Source of the DNA: an uncultured candidate division Zixibacteria bacterium
Lineage (GTDB): Bacteria > Zixibacteria > MSB-5A5 > GN15 > PGXB01
Reading direction: 5' to 3'
Assembly: GCA_963702205.1 (NCBI GenBank)
Contig: OY969724.1
Location: 3,456,001 to 3,520,000 of the forward strand
DNA length: 64,000 bases
The notes under the pieces were generated by a model. It searched no databases. It worked only from the letters and a program-made list of their open reading frames with translations, and was not told the DNA's origin. Shown in pieces: positions 9,008 through 18,925 of the stretch. The first letter of the stretch is position 1. Each line of letters opens with the position of its first letter. A program made the translations under genes and the position numbers.

Positions 9008-11191
9008 ATGAAAGCTCTATGCACCTTCGTTTGTTCTATGATGTTCATATTTCTGTTTGTGCCGCAGGCCTTTTGCGACCAGGCCAAATCCATCGAAGCC
9101 AAAGTTCATCTTCAAACGAAGGCGGATTATTTGACTTTCAAAGCTCTCGGACTGGATGACGTCCGCATGTTCAAGGATTTTGCCGACGTCATTGTCGACA
9201 GTACAACTTTTCTAAGGCTGCAGTCCACCGATCTCAAAATAGAAGTCCTGCATGACGACCTGACCGCTTTCTATCAGTCGCGCCTGCTTAACAAAGACAT
9301 GGGCGGGTACATGACCCTTTCCGAAATCGAAGCCAAAATGGCCCTGATGCACGTTCAGCATCCCGGCATAACCACCGACACGATGAGCATCGGGCAGACG
9401 ATACAGGGACGGGATATCTGGGCTATTAAAATCTCCGACAATCCCAACGTCGACGAGGACGAACCCGAGGTCCTTTTTACCGCCGCCATACACGCCCGCG
9501 AAGTCATCACCCCGTTGGTGCTGTTTAACTTCACCGATTACCTGCTCGACAATTACGGCACCGATCCCGATGTCACCGACCTGATCGACCATCGCGAACT
9601 TTGGTTCATCATGTGCGTCAATCCCGACGGTTACTACCACAACGAATTTACCAATCCGTCCGGCGGCGGTCTGTGGCGAAAAAACCGCCGCAGCAACGGC
9701 GACGGTACTTATGGTGTCGATCTCAACCGTAATTTCGGCCATGAATGGGGCTACGATAATGCCGGCTCTTCACCGATTACCGACGACGAAACCTATCGCG
9801 GCACCGGGCCGTTTTCCGAACCGGAAACGCAGGCTGTCAGAGATTTTGTCGAAAGCCATAATTTCGTGATTTCGATGTTCTTCCACTCTTATCAGAATTT
9901 ACTGTTGTGGCCCTGGGGTTATCTGGACGGCCTCATTACACCCGATGAAGATATCTTCGAACAAATCGGCGATACCGTCCAGGCTTTCAACGGTTATGAT
10001 CCGGGACCCGGCTGGCAGTTATATGTGACCAACGGCGACAGCGATGACTGGATGTACGGCGAACAGGTCGCCAAAAACAAAGTCTTCGGCATGACTATGG
10101 AGGTTGGTTCATTCGATGACGGTTTCTGGCCCAATACGTCACGAATCCCGCAGCTCACCTCGGAAAATCTCCAGCCGTGCCTGTTTCTGGCCCGCATCGC
10201 CGGAGACATATATTCACTGCGGGCCCCTGCCCCGCCGGAGCTTTTTGTTCAGGATACCGTCGATTCCAACGGTTTCGACTTAAACTGGACCTTCTTCGAT
10301 ACCCTCAATCCGGCCGTCGATTATGATCTTCAGGAGCTTCAGAACTTCGAATCCGTTCTCGATTCGGCCAATAGTTTCGAGAACTGGTCGCAGTCCGGTT
10401 TTGAGCTTTCGAATGCGCGGAGCTATTCCTCGCCCACCAGTTTCTTCTCCGGGGTGGGCAATAACCGTCAGTACCATATCACGACCGATAGCTACTACAC
10501 CGTCCCGTCCGACGATACTCTTAAATTCCGCATCTGGTACGCCATTGAAGAAGACTGGGATTACGGCTACGCTGAGGTATCGACCGACGGCGTCAATTTC
10601 ACTCCGCTGGCGGGTAACATCACGACCAACACCAACCCCAACGGCAACAATCGCGGCAACGGCATTACGGGATTCTCGTCGGGCTGGGTGGAAGGTCGTT
10701 TTCCTCTGAACGCCTATGCCGGTCAGGACGTCCTTTTCCGGATTTCGTACTACACCGATGAGTACGTCAACGAGGAAGGCTTCTATGTTGACGATATCAA
10801 TCCCGTCATGGGGTATGCCACGAAGGTGGATTACGCCGCAACCGATACTACCTACTCGTTTACAAGTAAACCGGCCGGTCAATATTATTATCACGTTCGG
10901 GCCCGCGACGCTCAAAATCAATGGGGCAATTACAGCGCTATCAAACCGGTGGCGGTTATCCCGGGAGCGACTTTTACCTGCGGCGACGTCGATGATGACG
11001 GCGCCATCAATCTGATCGACATTCTGTATTTGATCGACTTTATTTACGGCGACCCCGCCGGGCCACAGCCCGATCCGCTCATTTCCGGAGATGCCGACGG
11101 AGACGGTTTCGTTAACCTGATAGATATTCTTTATTTAATAGATTTCGTATACAGTGAACCTCCGGGGCCGGGGCCGGTTTGCGGAGGATAA
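9008..11191 (+). CDS. M14 zinc carboxypeptidase (carboxypeptidase T-like) with InhA-like/FN3 domains and C-terminal dockerin
   Basis: Signal peptide; HARE zinc motif, DLNRNF, FHSY, TMEVG; duplicated GDxDxDGxxNLIDILYLI. Confidence 0.92.
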   Translation: MKALCTFVCSMMFIFLFVPQAFCDQAKSIEAKVHLQTKADYLTFKALGLDDVRMFKDFADVIVDSTTFLRLQSTDLKIEVLHDDLTAFYQSRLLNKDMGGYMTLSEIEAKMALMHVQHPGITTDTMSIGQTIQGRDIWAIKISDNPNVDEDEPEVLFTAAIHAREVITPLVLFNFTDYLLDNYGTDPDVTDLIDHRELWFIMCVNPDGYYHNEFTNPSGGGLWRKNRRSNGDGTYGVDLNRNFGHEWGYDNAGSSPITDDETYRGTGPFSEPETQAVRDFVESHNFVISMFFHSYQNLLLWPWGYLDGLITPDEDIFEQIGDTVQAFNGYDPGPGWQLYVTNGDSDDWMYGEQVAKNKVFGMTMEVGSFDDGFWPNTSRIPQLTSENLQPCLFLARIAGDIYSLRAPAPPELFVQDTVDSNGFDLNWTFFDTLNPAVDYDLQELQNFESVLDSANSFENWSQSGFELSNARSYSSPTSFFSGVGNNRQYHITTDSYYTVPSDDTLKFRIWYAIEEDWDYGYAEVSTDGVNFTPLAGNITTNTNPNGNNRGNGITGFSSGWVEGRFPLNAYAGQDVLFRISYYTDEYVNEEGFYVDDINPVMGYATKVDYAATDTTYSFTSKPAGQYYYHVRARDAQNQWGNYSAIKPVAVIPGATFTCGDVDDDGAINLIDILYLIDFIYGDPAGPQPDPLISGDADGDGFVNLIDILYLIDFVYSEPPGPGPVCGG

Positions 11192-11320
11192 TTGCATACC
11201 GGCCAAAATGTTACACTGGCCGCTTAAATTTCTTTTAAGGGCAAGGGATTGGTTAAAATTCCGATAATTATGGTAAACCCGAAATCTGATGGATATTGAA
11301 ACAGGGATAGGTAAAATCAA

Positions 11321-14300
11321 ATGAGGAAGATCAAAACAATTGGATTGTGTTTTATTGCCGTTCTGACCGTCGCAACAACCGCCTTCGGACAGCTCAGCAA
11401 GGGCGGCCGACCCTACACCTTCGAGAATATTCTCTCCGCGGCCCAAATGGTTATCTCCGCCAGGCAACTGCCTTCGATCGACGTCGCTGCCTACAAATTG
11501 CAGGATTCGATCGACGCCTCCAACAAGGACATCCCCTACCGCTTCGGCGCACCGATGGCCGTCAATTATACGCTGGACAATTCCGGTACCTGGGAGACGC
11601 TGGCCAACGGTGATCGCTTGTGGCGGCTTAAAATTTCTTCGCCCGGCGCATATTCTTTAAACCTCGTTTACGATCATTTTTACCTTCCCGAGGGAGGCAA
11701 GCTTTATATTTACAACGGCGACGGCTCTTATGTCATCGGAGCTTTCACGTCGGATAACAATAAAAAGCACGGACGCTTCGCGACCGCTCCCGTCAAAGGT
11801 GACGTCAGCGTTCTGGAATACTACGAACCCAAAGACGTAACCGGTCAGGGGATCATTTCCATATCATCGGTAGTGCACGCCTATCGTAATCTTTTTGACC
11901 GCGACGAACTTAAGGCCGCCACCGACTTCGGCAGTTCCGGGTCGTGCAATAATAATGTCAACTGCCCCGAGGGTGATCCCTGGCAGGCCGAAAAACGAGC
12001 CGTGGCCATGATCCTGACCGCCGGAAACTCCCGCATTTGCAGCGGCTCCCTGATCAACAACGTCCGCGAAGACCAAACCCCGTACTTCCTGACCGCCAAC
12101 CACTGCCTCCCCGGTTCGGACACGTGGATTTTCATGTTCAACTATGAAAGCCCCAATTGCTCCAATATCAACGGCCCCACGTACATGACTCTCCAGGGCT
12201 CGACCCTGCGCGCGACTTATTCCACGTCGGATTTTTGCCTGCTCGAACTCGATGAAGCGCCCCCGGATTCATATAACGTATACTACGCCGGGTGGTCGGC
12301 TGATAACGTCGCCTCGACTTCTTCAACCTGTATTCACCACCCCAAAGGCGACATCAAGAAAATTTCTTTCGATTATGACCCCGCTACCTCGGCCAACTAC
12401 CTCTCGACCAGCGGTACCACTCACTGGCGGATAGGCAGTTGGGATGACGGCACCACCGAGGGTGGATCATCGGGCTCACCGCTCTTCGATCAAAACCATC
12501 ATATCGTCGGACAGCTGCACGGCGGTTATGCCTCGTGTACCGACATATCTTCCGACTGGTTCGGCAAATTCGCTATGTCATGGAACGGCGGCGGATCGTC
12601 GTCGACCCGCCTGCGCGACTGGCTCGATCCCGATAACACTTCGACGACCATTCTCGACGGTTTGGATCCGTTCGCCGGGACCGATATTACCCACACGCCA
12701 TTGCCCAATACGTCGGATACTACGAACGATTATGCCGTTTATGCGACCATCACCAGCAACGATCCCCTGGTCGCCGATTCGCTGCTGTTGTACTATCAGA
12801 TTGCCTCGGTTTGGTACGAGGACACCCTCGAAGCGACCGGTCAGCCCGATGAATTTCTTGGGTACATACCGGCCCAGCCTCCGGGGACAATCATAAATTA
12901 CTATCTTTACGCCACAAATACTTCAGGCGTTCCCAATACGACTGAAACGTATTCATTCGAAGTCCTCGATTACGGCCTGAGCATTACGGCGGCCGTCGAC
13001 TCCGGTTTCGCTATAACTTACGATACCGTATGGTTTGACCTGACCCTCGCCAATGACGGCGTCTTCGATGACTCCTACACTCTGCAGGTAACCGGTGGGA
13101 CCTGGCCGGTTTCGATCTGGGACCAGGCCGGAGCGACACAGATTTCAAGTACCGGTACGATCGTATCGGGCAATACCTTTGATTTCAAAGCGGCCGTCGA
13201 AGTGCAGGGCACCATTTACGGCAATTCCGATATCGCCGAAATCACGGGCACGTCAGTGGCCGATAATTCCGTCACCGGCTCCATAAATCTAAAAGCAATA
13301 TCCGAGGGCCAGCCGGTAACGCTGCCGTTTACCGATAATTTCCCGACCCAGACGCTCGATCCTTCCAAATGGGTATACAAATCATCCGGCTCCAATATTA
13401 ACGACGCCGGGGCCAACGAACCGTCGGCCCCTTACAGCCTCGATTTCGACGGTGACCCGGGCGGTGCCGATACGGTCGTTTCGCAGGTAATGGATTTGAG
13501 CGGCCTTTCCGATGCCCGCATTTCATTTTACTACGAGCCGGGAGGTAGCGCCGAGGCACCGGATGTCAATGACAATTTGTACTTCGAATATCGCAATTCC
13601 TCGGGCGGATGGGCCCCGCTGCAAACTTACTACGGCGACGGATCAATCGCCACTACGTACTATGAAGAAGTGATGACACTCCCGCCCGATGCCCTCCATT
13701 CCTCCTTCCGCCTGCGCATCCGCAATACCGCCACGCCCGGCAATTTCGATGACTGGTTCGTGGATGATATCTTCATCGGAGAACCGCCGGCATACGCCGC
13801 CAAGGTCACGCCGTCCAGTCAGGGACAATACGGCGCTGCCGGAGACAGCGCCCTTTTCCGCATTAAAATTTTCAACCGGGGCATGTATGATGACGTCTAT
13901 GACCTGAGCGCCTCCGGGGGACTTTGGGCCGCAGCGTTCTTCGACAGCATCGGGATGACCCAGATATTCTCGACGCCGACTATTTCGGCCGGAGATTCGG
14001 CCGGCTTCGTGGTCAAGGTAGCCGTACCAGCCGTCGCCGATCTCGCCGAGGGCGACACGTCAATGGTAACGATAACCTCGCAGGGAGACGCGGGCGTCTC
14101 GGCAACTTGTGAAATCAGAAGCTACTCATCCGGTCCGACCGGTGCCTTCCCGTGGTATGAACCCTTCCCGGAAGACACTTTGTATTCAATGCGCTGGATT
14201 ATAAACAAAGGTGCCGATGTAACCGGCGTCGCCCCCAACCCGCCGAGCAGTCCCTATGCATTGAAACTTGACGGCGGCAATGATACGATCGTCAGCCAGA

Positions 14301-15892
14301 TAATCGACCTGAGCGGCAAAGACGGCGCGCTGTTGACGTACTATTATGAACCCGGCGGCGGCGGTGACGCCCCCGACGCGGGCGAATATCTCCGGGTCGA
14401 TTACCGGAACGTCAAAGGTATCTGGATAACGATCGATACTCTCGAAGGCAACGGTGCGACGTCAACTTCATTTACCAAAGTCACTATACCCCTGCCGATC
14501 TGGGCCATTCACAGCAACTTCCAACTGCGTTTCCGCTCAACCGGTACCTGTGTCGATTGCGATATCTGGTACGTCGATGATATCAACATCGGCTACATAC
14601 CTGCTATCGAAGTCCAGCCCGCTATTATGAGCAAGACGATGGTTCAGGGTGATTCGGCTTCGGAGCAGCTGGTTATTTCAAACACCGGCGAAGGTGAACT
14701 CGATTATAACTTATCCATCCTGCCGCTGCTGAACAAATCGGCCAGGCTCTCCGATCTATTGGCCGACAGCCTGCTCGAACCGGCTCAGCGCGTTTACCCG
14801 GAAGGTTTCGACGAGTACGAAGATATCAAAGGCGTCGATGACCCGCGCGACGGCTATCCGGTCGATAAATCCGCCGGCGGCCCCGACGGGTCAGGTTATT
14901 ACTGGATTGATTCCGACCAATTGGGCGGACCGACTTTCTCCTGGGAAGATATAACTTCCACGGGGACGCTCGTTACCGGCCTCGACGATGACAATTATGT
15001 CGGGCCATACGGCATAGGTTTCGGCTTTACGTATTACGGAACGACATATAACTCGCTCTATATCGGCTCCAACGGTTTGATCGGTTTCAGCCCCACCGAC
15101 CTTGATGTCAGGGCCAAAAAGTCCATCCCGACCGACACGACCCCCAATAATTTCCTCGCCTGGATGTGGGACGACCTCGATCCGACCAACGCCAACAATC
15201 CCGGCTCACAGGTATTCATGTACAACGATGCTTCGCACTGCGTCATACAATTCGTTAATTATCCCGAGTACGGAGCGGCTGCAGGCGATATTATCAACGC
15301 TGAGATTATTCTCTTCGACGACGGCACCGTCAAATTCCAGTACCTCACGATTGCCCCGGGCTTCGATATCGCCTCTTCCACGATCGGTATAGAAAACGCC
15401 ACCGGAACCGATGGCCTTGAAGTCGCCTATCTGACGCCGTATTTAAAGAACAACCTCGCTATTCAGTTCTATCATCCCGATATCTGGATGTCGTCAAGCA
15501 AGGCCTCCGGTGAAATCCAGCCCGCCGAGGCCGACACGGTCGAGATCAAAATCATGTCGGCAGGCATGGATGAAGGCACCTATCACGCGCAGATTGCCAT
15601 CAACAGCAACGATCCCGACCCCGGCGACAATCCGTTCGTCATCCCGGTCGAACTGACCGTCCTGACTCTGCCCCAGTTTGTTTGTGGCGATGCCAATAAC
15701 GACGAAGAAGTGAATCTGCTCGATATATTGTACCTGATCGCAAACATCTATGGCGACCCCGCCGGTCCGCCTCCCGATCCACCGGAATCGGGCGATGTCA
15801 ACAATGACGGCTCGGTCAACCTGCTTGACATCCTTTTTCTTATATCATACAAGTACGACACGCCTCCCGGTCCGTCCCCGCAGTGCCCGTAA
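11321..15892 (+). CDS. Lysyl endopeptidase-like trypsin-fold serine protease, multidomain, with C-terminal dockerin
   Basis: Signal peptide and prodomain; LTANHC, DFCLLEL, TEGGSSGSP catalytic triad; repeated jelly-roll (W(F/Y)VDDI) domains; dockerin. Confidence 0.9.
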   Translation: MRKIKTIGLCFIAVLTVATTAFGQLSKGGRPYTFENILSAAQMVISARQLPSIDVAAYKLQDSIDASNKDIPYRFGAPMAVNYTLDNSGTWETLANGDRLWRLKISSPGAYSLNLVYDHFYLPEGGKLYIYNGDGSYVIGAFTSDNNKKHGRFATAPVKGDVSVLEYYEPKDVTGQGIISISSVVHAYRNLFDRDELKAATDFGSSGSCNNNVNCPEGDPWQAEKRAVAMILTAGNSRICSGSLINNVREDQTPYFLTANHCLPGSDTWIFMFNYESPNCSNINGPTYMTLQGSTLRATYSTSDFCLLELDEAPPDSYNVYYAGWSADNVASTSSTCIHHPKGDIKKISFDYDPATSANYLSTSGTTHWRIGSWDDGTTEGGSSGSPLFDQNHHIVGQLHGGYASCTDISSDWFGKFAMSWNGGGSSSTRLRDWLDPDNTSTTILDGLDPFAGTDITHTPLPNTSDTTNDYAVYATITSNDPLVADSLLLYYQIASVWYEDTLEATGQPDEFLGYIPAQPPGTIINYYLYATNTSGVPNTTETYSFEVLDYGLSITAAVDSGFAITYDTVWFDLTLANDGVFDDSYTLQVTGGTWPVSIWDQAGATQISSTGTIVSGNTFDFKAAVEVQGTIYGNSDIAEITGTSVADNSVTGSINLKAISEGQPVTLPFTDNFPTQTLDPSKWVYKSSGSNINDAGANEPSAPYSLDFDGDPGGADTVVSQVMDLSGLSDARISFYYEPGGSAEAPDVNDNLYFEYRNSSGGWAPLQTYYGDGSIATTYYEEVMTLPPDALHSSFRLRIRNTATPGNFDDWFVDDIFIGEPPAYAAKVTPSSQGQYGAAGDSALFRIKIFNRGMYDDVYDLSASGGLWAAAFFDSIGMTQIFSTPTISAGDSAGFVVKVAVPAVADLAEGDTSMVTITSQGDAGVSATCEIRSYSSGPTGAFPWYEPFPEDTLYSMRWIINKGADVTGVAPNPPSSPYALKLDGGNDTIVSQIIDLSGKDGALLTYYYEPGGGGDAPDAGEYLRVDYRNVKGIWITIDTLEGNGATSTSFTKVTIPLPIWAIHSNFQLRFRSTGTCVDCDIWYVDDINIGYIPAIEVQPAIMSKTMVQGDSASEQLVISNTGEGELDYNLSILPLLNKSARLSDLLADSLLEPAQRVYPEGFDEYEDIKGVDDPRDGYPVDKSAGGPDGSGYYWIDSDQLGGPTFSWEDITSTGTLVTGLDDDNYVGPYGIGFGFTYYGTTYNSLYIGSNGLIGFSPTDLDVRAKKSIPTDTTPNNFLAWMWDDLDPTNANNPGSQVFMYNDASHCVIQFVNYPEYGAAAGDIINAEIILFDDGTVKFQYLTIAPGFDIASSTIGIENATGTDGLEVAYLTPYLKNNLAIQFYHPDIWMSSSKASGEIQPAEADTVEIKIMSAGMDEGTYHAQIAINSNDPDPGDNPFVIPVELTVLTLPQFVCGDANNDEEVNLLDILYLIANIYGDPAGPPPDPPESGDVNNDGSVNLLDILFLISYKYDTPPGPSPQCP

Positions 15893-15899
15893 AAAAGCC

Positions 15900-15935
15900 A
15901 AAGCGCCGTTTATTTAATTGACGGCGCTTTTTTTT
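15900..15935 (+). terminator. Intrinsic terminator
   Basis: AAAGCGCCGT...ACGGCGCTTT plus T run after the protease stop. Confidence 0.8.
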
Positions 15936-16016
15936 AAGCCTATTTTTAAAGAGTTTCTGTGTAATACTAACTGGCAATTATAAACCGGATTATATTTCGA
16001 AAATATCGCTGTCTTA

Positions 16017-16180
16017 TTTTTATTTCAAAATCAGACGTAGGTCGGGTTCCGAGTAGAGCGAAGCGTAACGAGAAACCCGACAACAAGATGTCGGCTTTCT
16101 TTCCTGACTCCGTCAGGATTCGGAAGCCGACCTACTGGTTTTTCAACAAGCCGCGAGCAGCGGGGCACACCGCCTGCCCC
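16017..16180. repeat. 164-bp direct repeat copy 1, containing a GTAG-type REP doublet (REPIN-like, 16037-16135)
   Basis: Identical to 16868-17031 except 16055 A vs 16906 G; GTAGGTCGGGTT...AACCCGAC...GTCGGCTT...AAGCCGACCTAC. Confidence 0.9.
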
Positions 16181-16186
16181 AAAAGT

Positions 16187-16236
16187 GTTCCGTCGGGTGT
16201 TGATTTCGACGCAGTCGAAATTGTCACCCGACGGAA
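16187..16236. repeat. GTTC-family REP-like palindrome
   Basis: GTTCCGTCGGGTG-TTGATTTCGAC-GCA-GTCGAAATTGT-CACCCGACGGAA; same family as 31474 and 32720. Confidence 0.8.
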
Positions 16237-16528
16237 ACCGTTGAAAGACCGCAGGGTCACATCCCGACTTCGTCGGGACAAGCCCCCGCGGAACTTAAAA
16301 AGAGTATATTTGAGACAGCCTCACCCCGCCAGCCCCTGCGTCGTGCACAAACATCAATGCCATTAGATTTTTCACTTGACAAAATACGTTATCACCGGTA
16401 TTTTCGGTTTGTAAATGGTTTAATACCGGCTCCGCTTTAAAAATCTATCGGCCGGACAACATAATAGGGTACGTATAGCGCTACAGCTAAGGGATTAAAA
16501 GACTTAACAGCATTAACGGAGGTTGAAT

Positions 16529-16615
16529 TTGCAACCCGGTTTAACAAATCCCGTGCTAAAGCGTTATTTTTTTGTACTGGCATCAGCGTATTGTCTGTTT
16601 TTCCGGGGCTTCTAA
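16529..16615 (+). CDS. Possible 28-aa hydrophobic small protein
   Basis: GGAGGT SD 5 nt before TTG; MQPGLTNPVLKRYFFVLASAYCLFFRGF; upstream TTGACA-17-TATTTT at 16377. Confidence 0.3.
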   Translation: MQPGLTNPVLKRYFFVLASAYCLFFRGF

Positions 16616-16784
16616 ATTTTTTAGACATTAAAACTATCTTCCGGCATCGTGAATTCAATGGAATTTTTCGATAATTAAAGCCTTTGCGTTTATATGCCAG
16701 CCCATTAAACGCAAAGAGGGGGACGGGTTGAAAGAACCTGTCCCCCACGGCTATTTATAAGCCTGACTACCCGCTCACTTTCAA

Positions 16785-16830
16785 GTTCCATCACGTCTTG
16801 ATTCCTCTCAGGGGAACTGTGACGTGACGG
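16785..16830. repeat. Degenerate GTTC-family REP-like palindrome
   Basis: GTTCCATCACGTC-TTGATTCC...GGAACTGT-GACGTGACGG. Confidence 0.65.
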
Positions 16831-16867
16831 TTCTGCAAGTTCAGGCAGGTCATCAGACCTGCCTGTC

Positions 16868-17031
16868 TTTTTATTTCAAAATCAGACGTAGGTCGGGTTC
16901 CGAGTGGAGCGAAGCGTAACGAGAAACCCGACAACAAGATGTCGGCTTTCTTTCCTGACTCCGTCAGGATTCGGAAGCCGACCTACTGGTTTTTCAACAA
17001 GCCGCGAGCAGCGGGGCACACCGCCTGCCCC
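16868..17031. repeat. 164-bp direct repeat copy 2 (REPIN-like)
   Basis: 163/164 identical to 16017-16180. Confidence 0.9.
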
Positions 17032-17077
17032 TGCGTTGTGCCCGGTGGGTCCTCAGACCCACCGGGTCTTTATTCAA

Positions 17078-17123
17078 GTTCCGTCGCGTCTTGATTCCAC
17101 GAAGGGGAATTGTGATCTGACGG
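17078..17123. repeat. Degenerate GTTC-family REP-like palindrome
   Basis: GTTCCGTCGCGTC-TTGATTCC...GGAATTGT-GATCTGACGG. Confidence 0.65.
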
Positions 17124-17131
17124 TCTCAAAA

Positions 17132-18925
17132 CTACTCGCTGACCTGCTCGGTCAATTCGTAACGCCGATAAATCCGCGCGTACTGCCCTCCCCCGCGCAT
17201 CAATTCCTCGTGCGTCCCCGACTCCACCAAACGACCGTCCTCGAGCACGAAAATACTGTCGGCCATACGAAGCGTATCAGAACGGTGAGTTATCAATATC
17301 GCCGTCATATCCGGCATGACTTCGTGAAGCCGATTCCACAGGGCATCTTCCGTCCGCGAGTCGAGCGCCGACGTGCAGTCATCGAGAATCAGAATGTGCG
17401 GCTTTCCGGCCAGCGCCCTCGCCAGCGACAACCGCTGTTTCTGACCGCCCGAAATCGACATCCCCCGTGTTCCGATCTGCGTTTCAATCCCTTTCGGGAA
17501 GGTCGCGATTTCATCCTTGAGTTGGGCGATATCGACCGCCCAGTGCAGGACCTCGTCGGATATGTCGGTCCGCCCGAACAGAATGTTGTTCTTTACCGAA
17601 TCGCTGAACAGGGCCGGTTCCTGCGGCACATAACCGATAATCCGCCTCAGGTCTTCCAGCTTGAAACTGCGCAGGTCTCTGTTATCGAGATATATATACC
17701 CTCCGGTCGGATTGACCAGCCTCGGGATCAGGTTGATCAGCCAGCTCTTGCCGGAGCCGACTTTACCGACCAGTGCCACCGTCTGCCCCGGCGTGATTTC
17801 CATCGATATCCGGTCGATTATCTTGCGATCGGATTCGGGGAACCGGAACTCGACGTTGTCGAAGCGGATGTGCCCGGGACGATTCCCATCAAAGCCTTTT
17901 TCTCCGGAATCTTCAACCATCGGAGCCATATCGGACAGCGCCTTAAGTCTTTCGATCGACACCGCCGACTGACGCGATTTAACCAAAAACTGGCCAATAT
18001 CGAACATCGGAAACACCATATAGACGACATAGTATATAAACGCCACCAGTTCCCCCAGCGATAAACCCCGACTGATAGCCATGTATCCGCCCGACAGAAG
18101 GACGATGACAATACTGAACTGCCAGATGTACATGTACATCGACTCGACGATTGTCGTCGCCTTGATCGACGATATCTCGGCCGTACGTCTTTCCCGTGCG
18201 GCGGTATCGAACTTGCCCTTCTGTTTGTCCTCGCGGGCGTACGCTTTCACCACCCGGACTCCCGAAAAACAGGCTTCCATGACGTCGTTGAAGCGTGAAA
18301 TTCGACCCTGAAGATAATCGTATCTTTTCTCCAGCACCGAAGCGCTTTTGAAAAAGATAATTATCAATATCGGCAGCGGCCCGGCCGAAAGCAGGGTCAG
18401 CCTCGGATTGATGCTCATCATCATGGCCAGCGAAAAAGTCACCATCAACAGCGCTTCGTACGCCCGAAAAATCCCCGAGCAGGCGAACCACGACAGCTTT
18501 TCGGCGACGTCGTCGGTCAGCCTCGTGACCAGGTCACCGGTGCGGAACCGGTTGAAAAAGTCCGGGCCTTTCGTCGTGATATCATTGAACGCTTCCTGAC
18601 GGAACAGCCACTCCAGGCGTAGATTCATCCACGCCCGGTGCCCCTGCACGAAGGCGTACAGGAAACTGGCCACGAAACCGATCGAGATCAACGTCAGCAT
18701 GAACGTCGCCGCCGTCGACAGCCCCAGCCCCGAGCCGATATCGTTCAGCCAGAGCGCGGCTTCGTTAGTCAGCTTACCCGTCTTGACAAAGTCGACCATG
18801 AACTCAATCAGTCGCGGTATCGTAACCTGGAAACTTACCTGCAGCGGTGTCAGGACCACCAGCACGAACAACATATATCGGTAGCGGCGGTAATATTTCC
18901 AGAACCATTTTATTTTATTCAGCAT
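17132..18925 (-). CDS. ABC exporter subunit (TMD+NBD), degenerate Walker B
   Basis: Six-TM domain; GKVGSGKS, ISGGQKQR, LILDDCT (Glu to Asp), ITHR. Confidence 0.93.
   Translation of the reverse strand: MLNKIKWFWKYYRRYRYMLFVLVVLTPLQVSFQVTIPRLIEFMVDFVKTGKLTNEAALWLNDIGSGLGLSTAATFMLTLISIGFVASFLYAFVQGHRAWMNLRLEWLFRQEAFNDITTKGPDFFNRFRTGDLVTRLTDDVAEKLSWFACSGIFRAYEALLMVTFSLAMMMSINPRLTLLSAGPLPILIIIFFKSASVLEKRYDYLQGRISRFNDVMEACFSGVRVVKAYAREDKQKGKFDTAARERRTAEISSIKATTIVESMYMYIWQFSIVIVLLSGGYMAISRGLSLGELVAFIYYVVYMVFPMFDIGQFLVKSRQSAVSIERLKALSDMAPMVEDSGEKGFDGNRPGHIRFDNVEFRFPESDRKIIDRISMEITPGQTVALVGKVGSGKSWLINLIPRLVNPTGGYIYLDNRDLRSFKLEDLRRIIGYVPQEPALFSDSVKNNILFGRTDISDEVLHWAVDIAQLKDEIATFPKGIETQIGTRGMSISGGQKQRLSLARALAGKPHILILDDCTSALDSRTEDALWNRLHEVMPDMTAILITHRSDTLRMADSIFVLEDGRLVESGTHEELMRGGGQYARIYRRYELTEQVSE

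Noticed and set aside
16437..16748. 103-aa minus-strand ORF
   Set aside because: No SD or recognisable motif; runs through hairpin-rich intergenic DNA
16017..17123. CRISPR array
   Set aside because: Repeats are long palindromes of unequal type and spacing, with no regular repeat-spacer period and no cas genes
16904..18064. 386-aa plus-strand ORF
   Set aside because: Begins in REP repeats and is antisense to the ABC transporter
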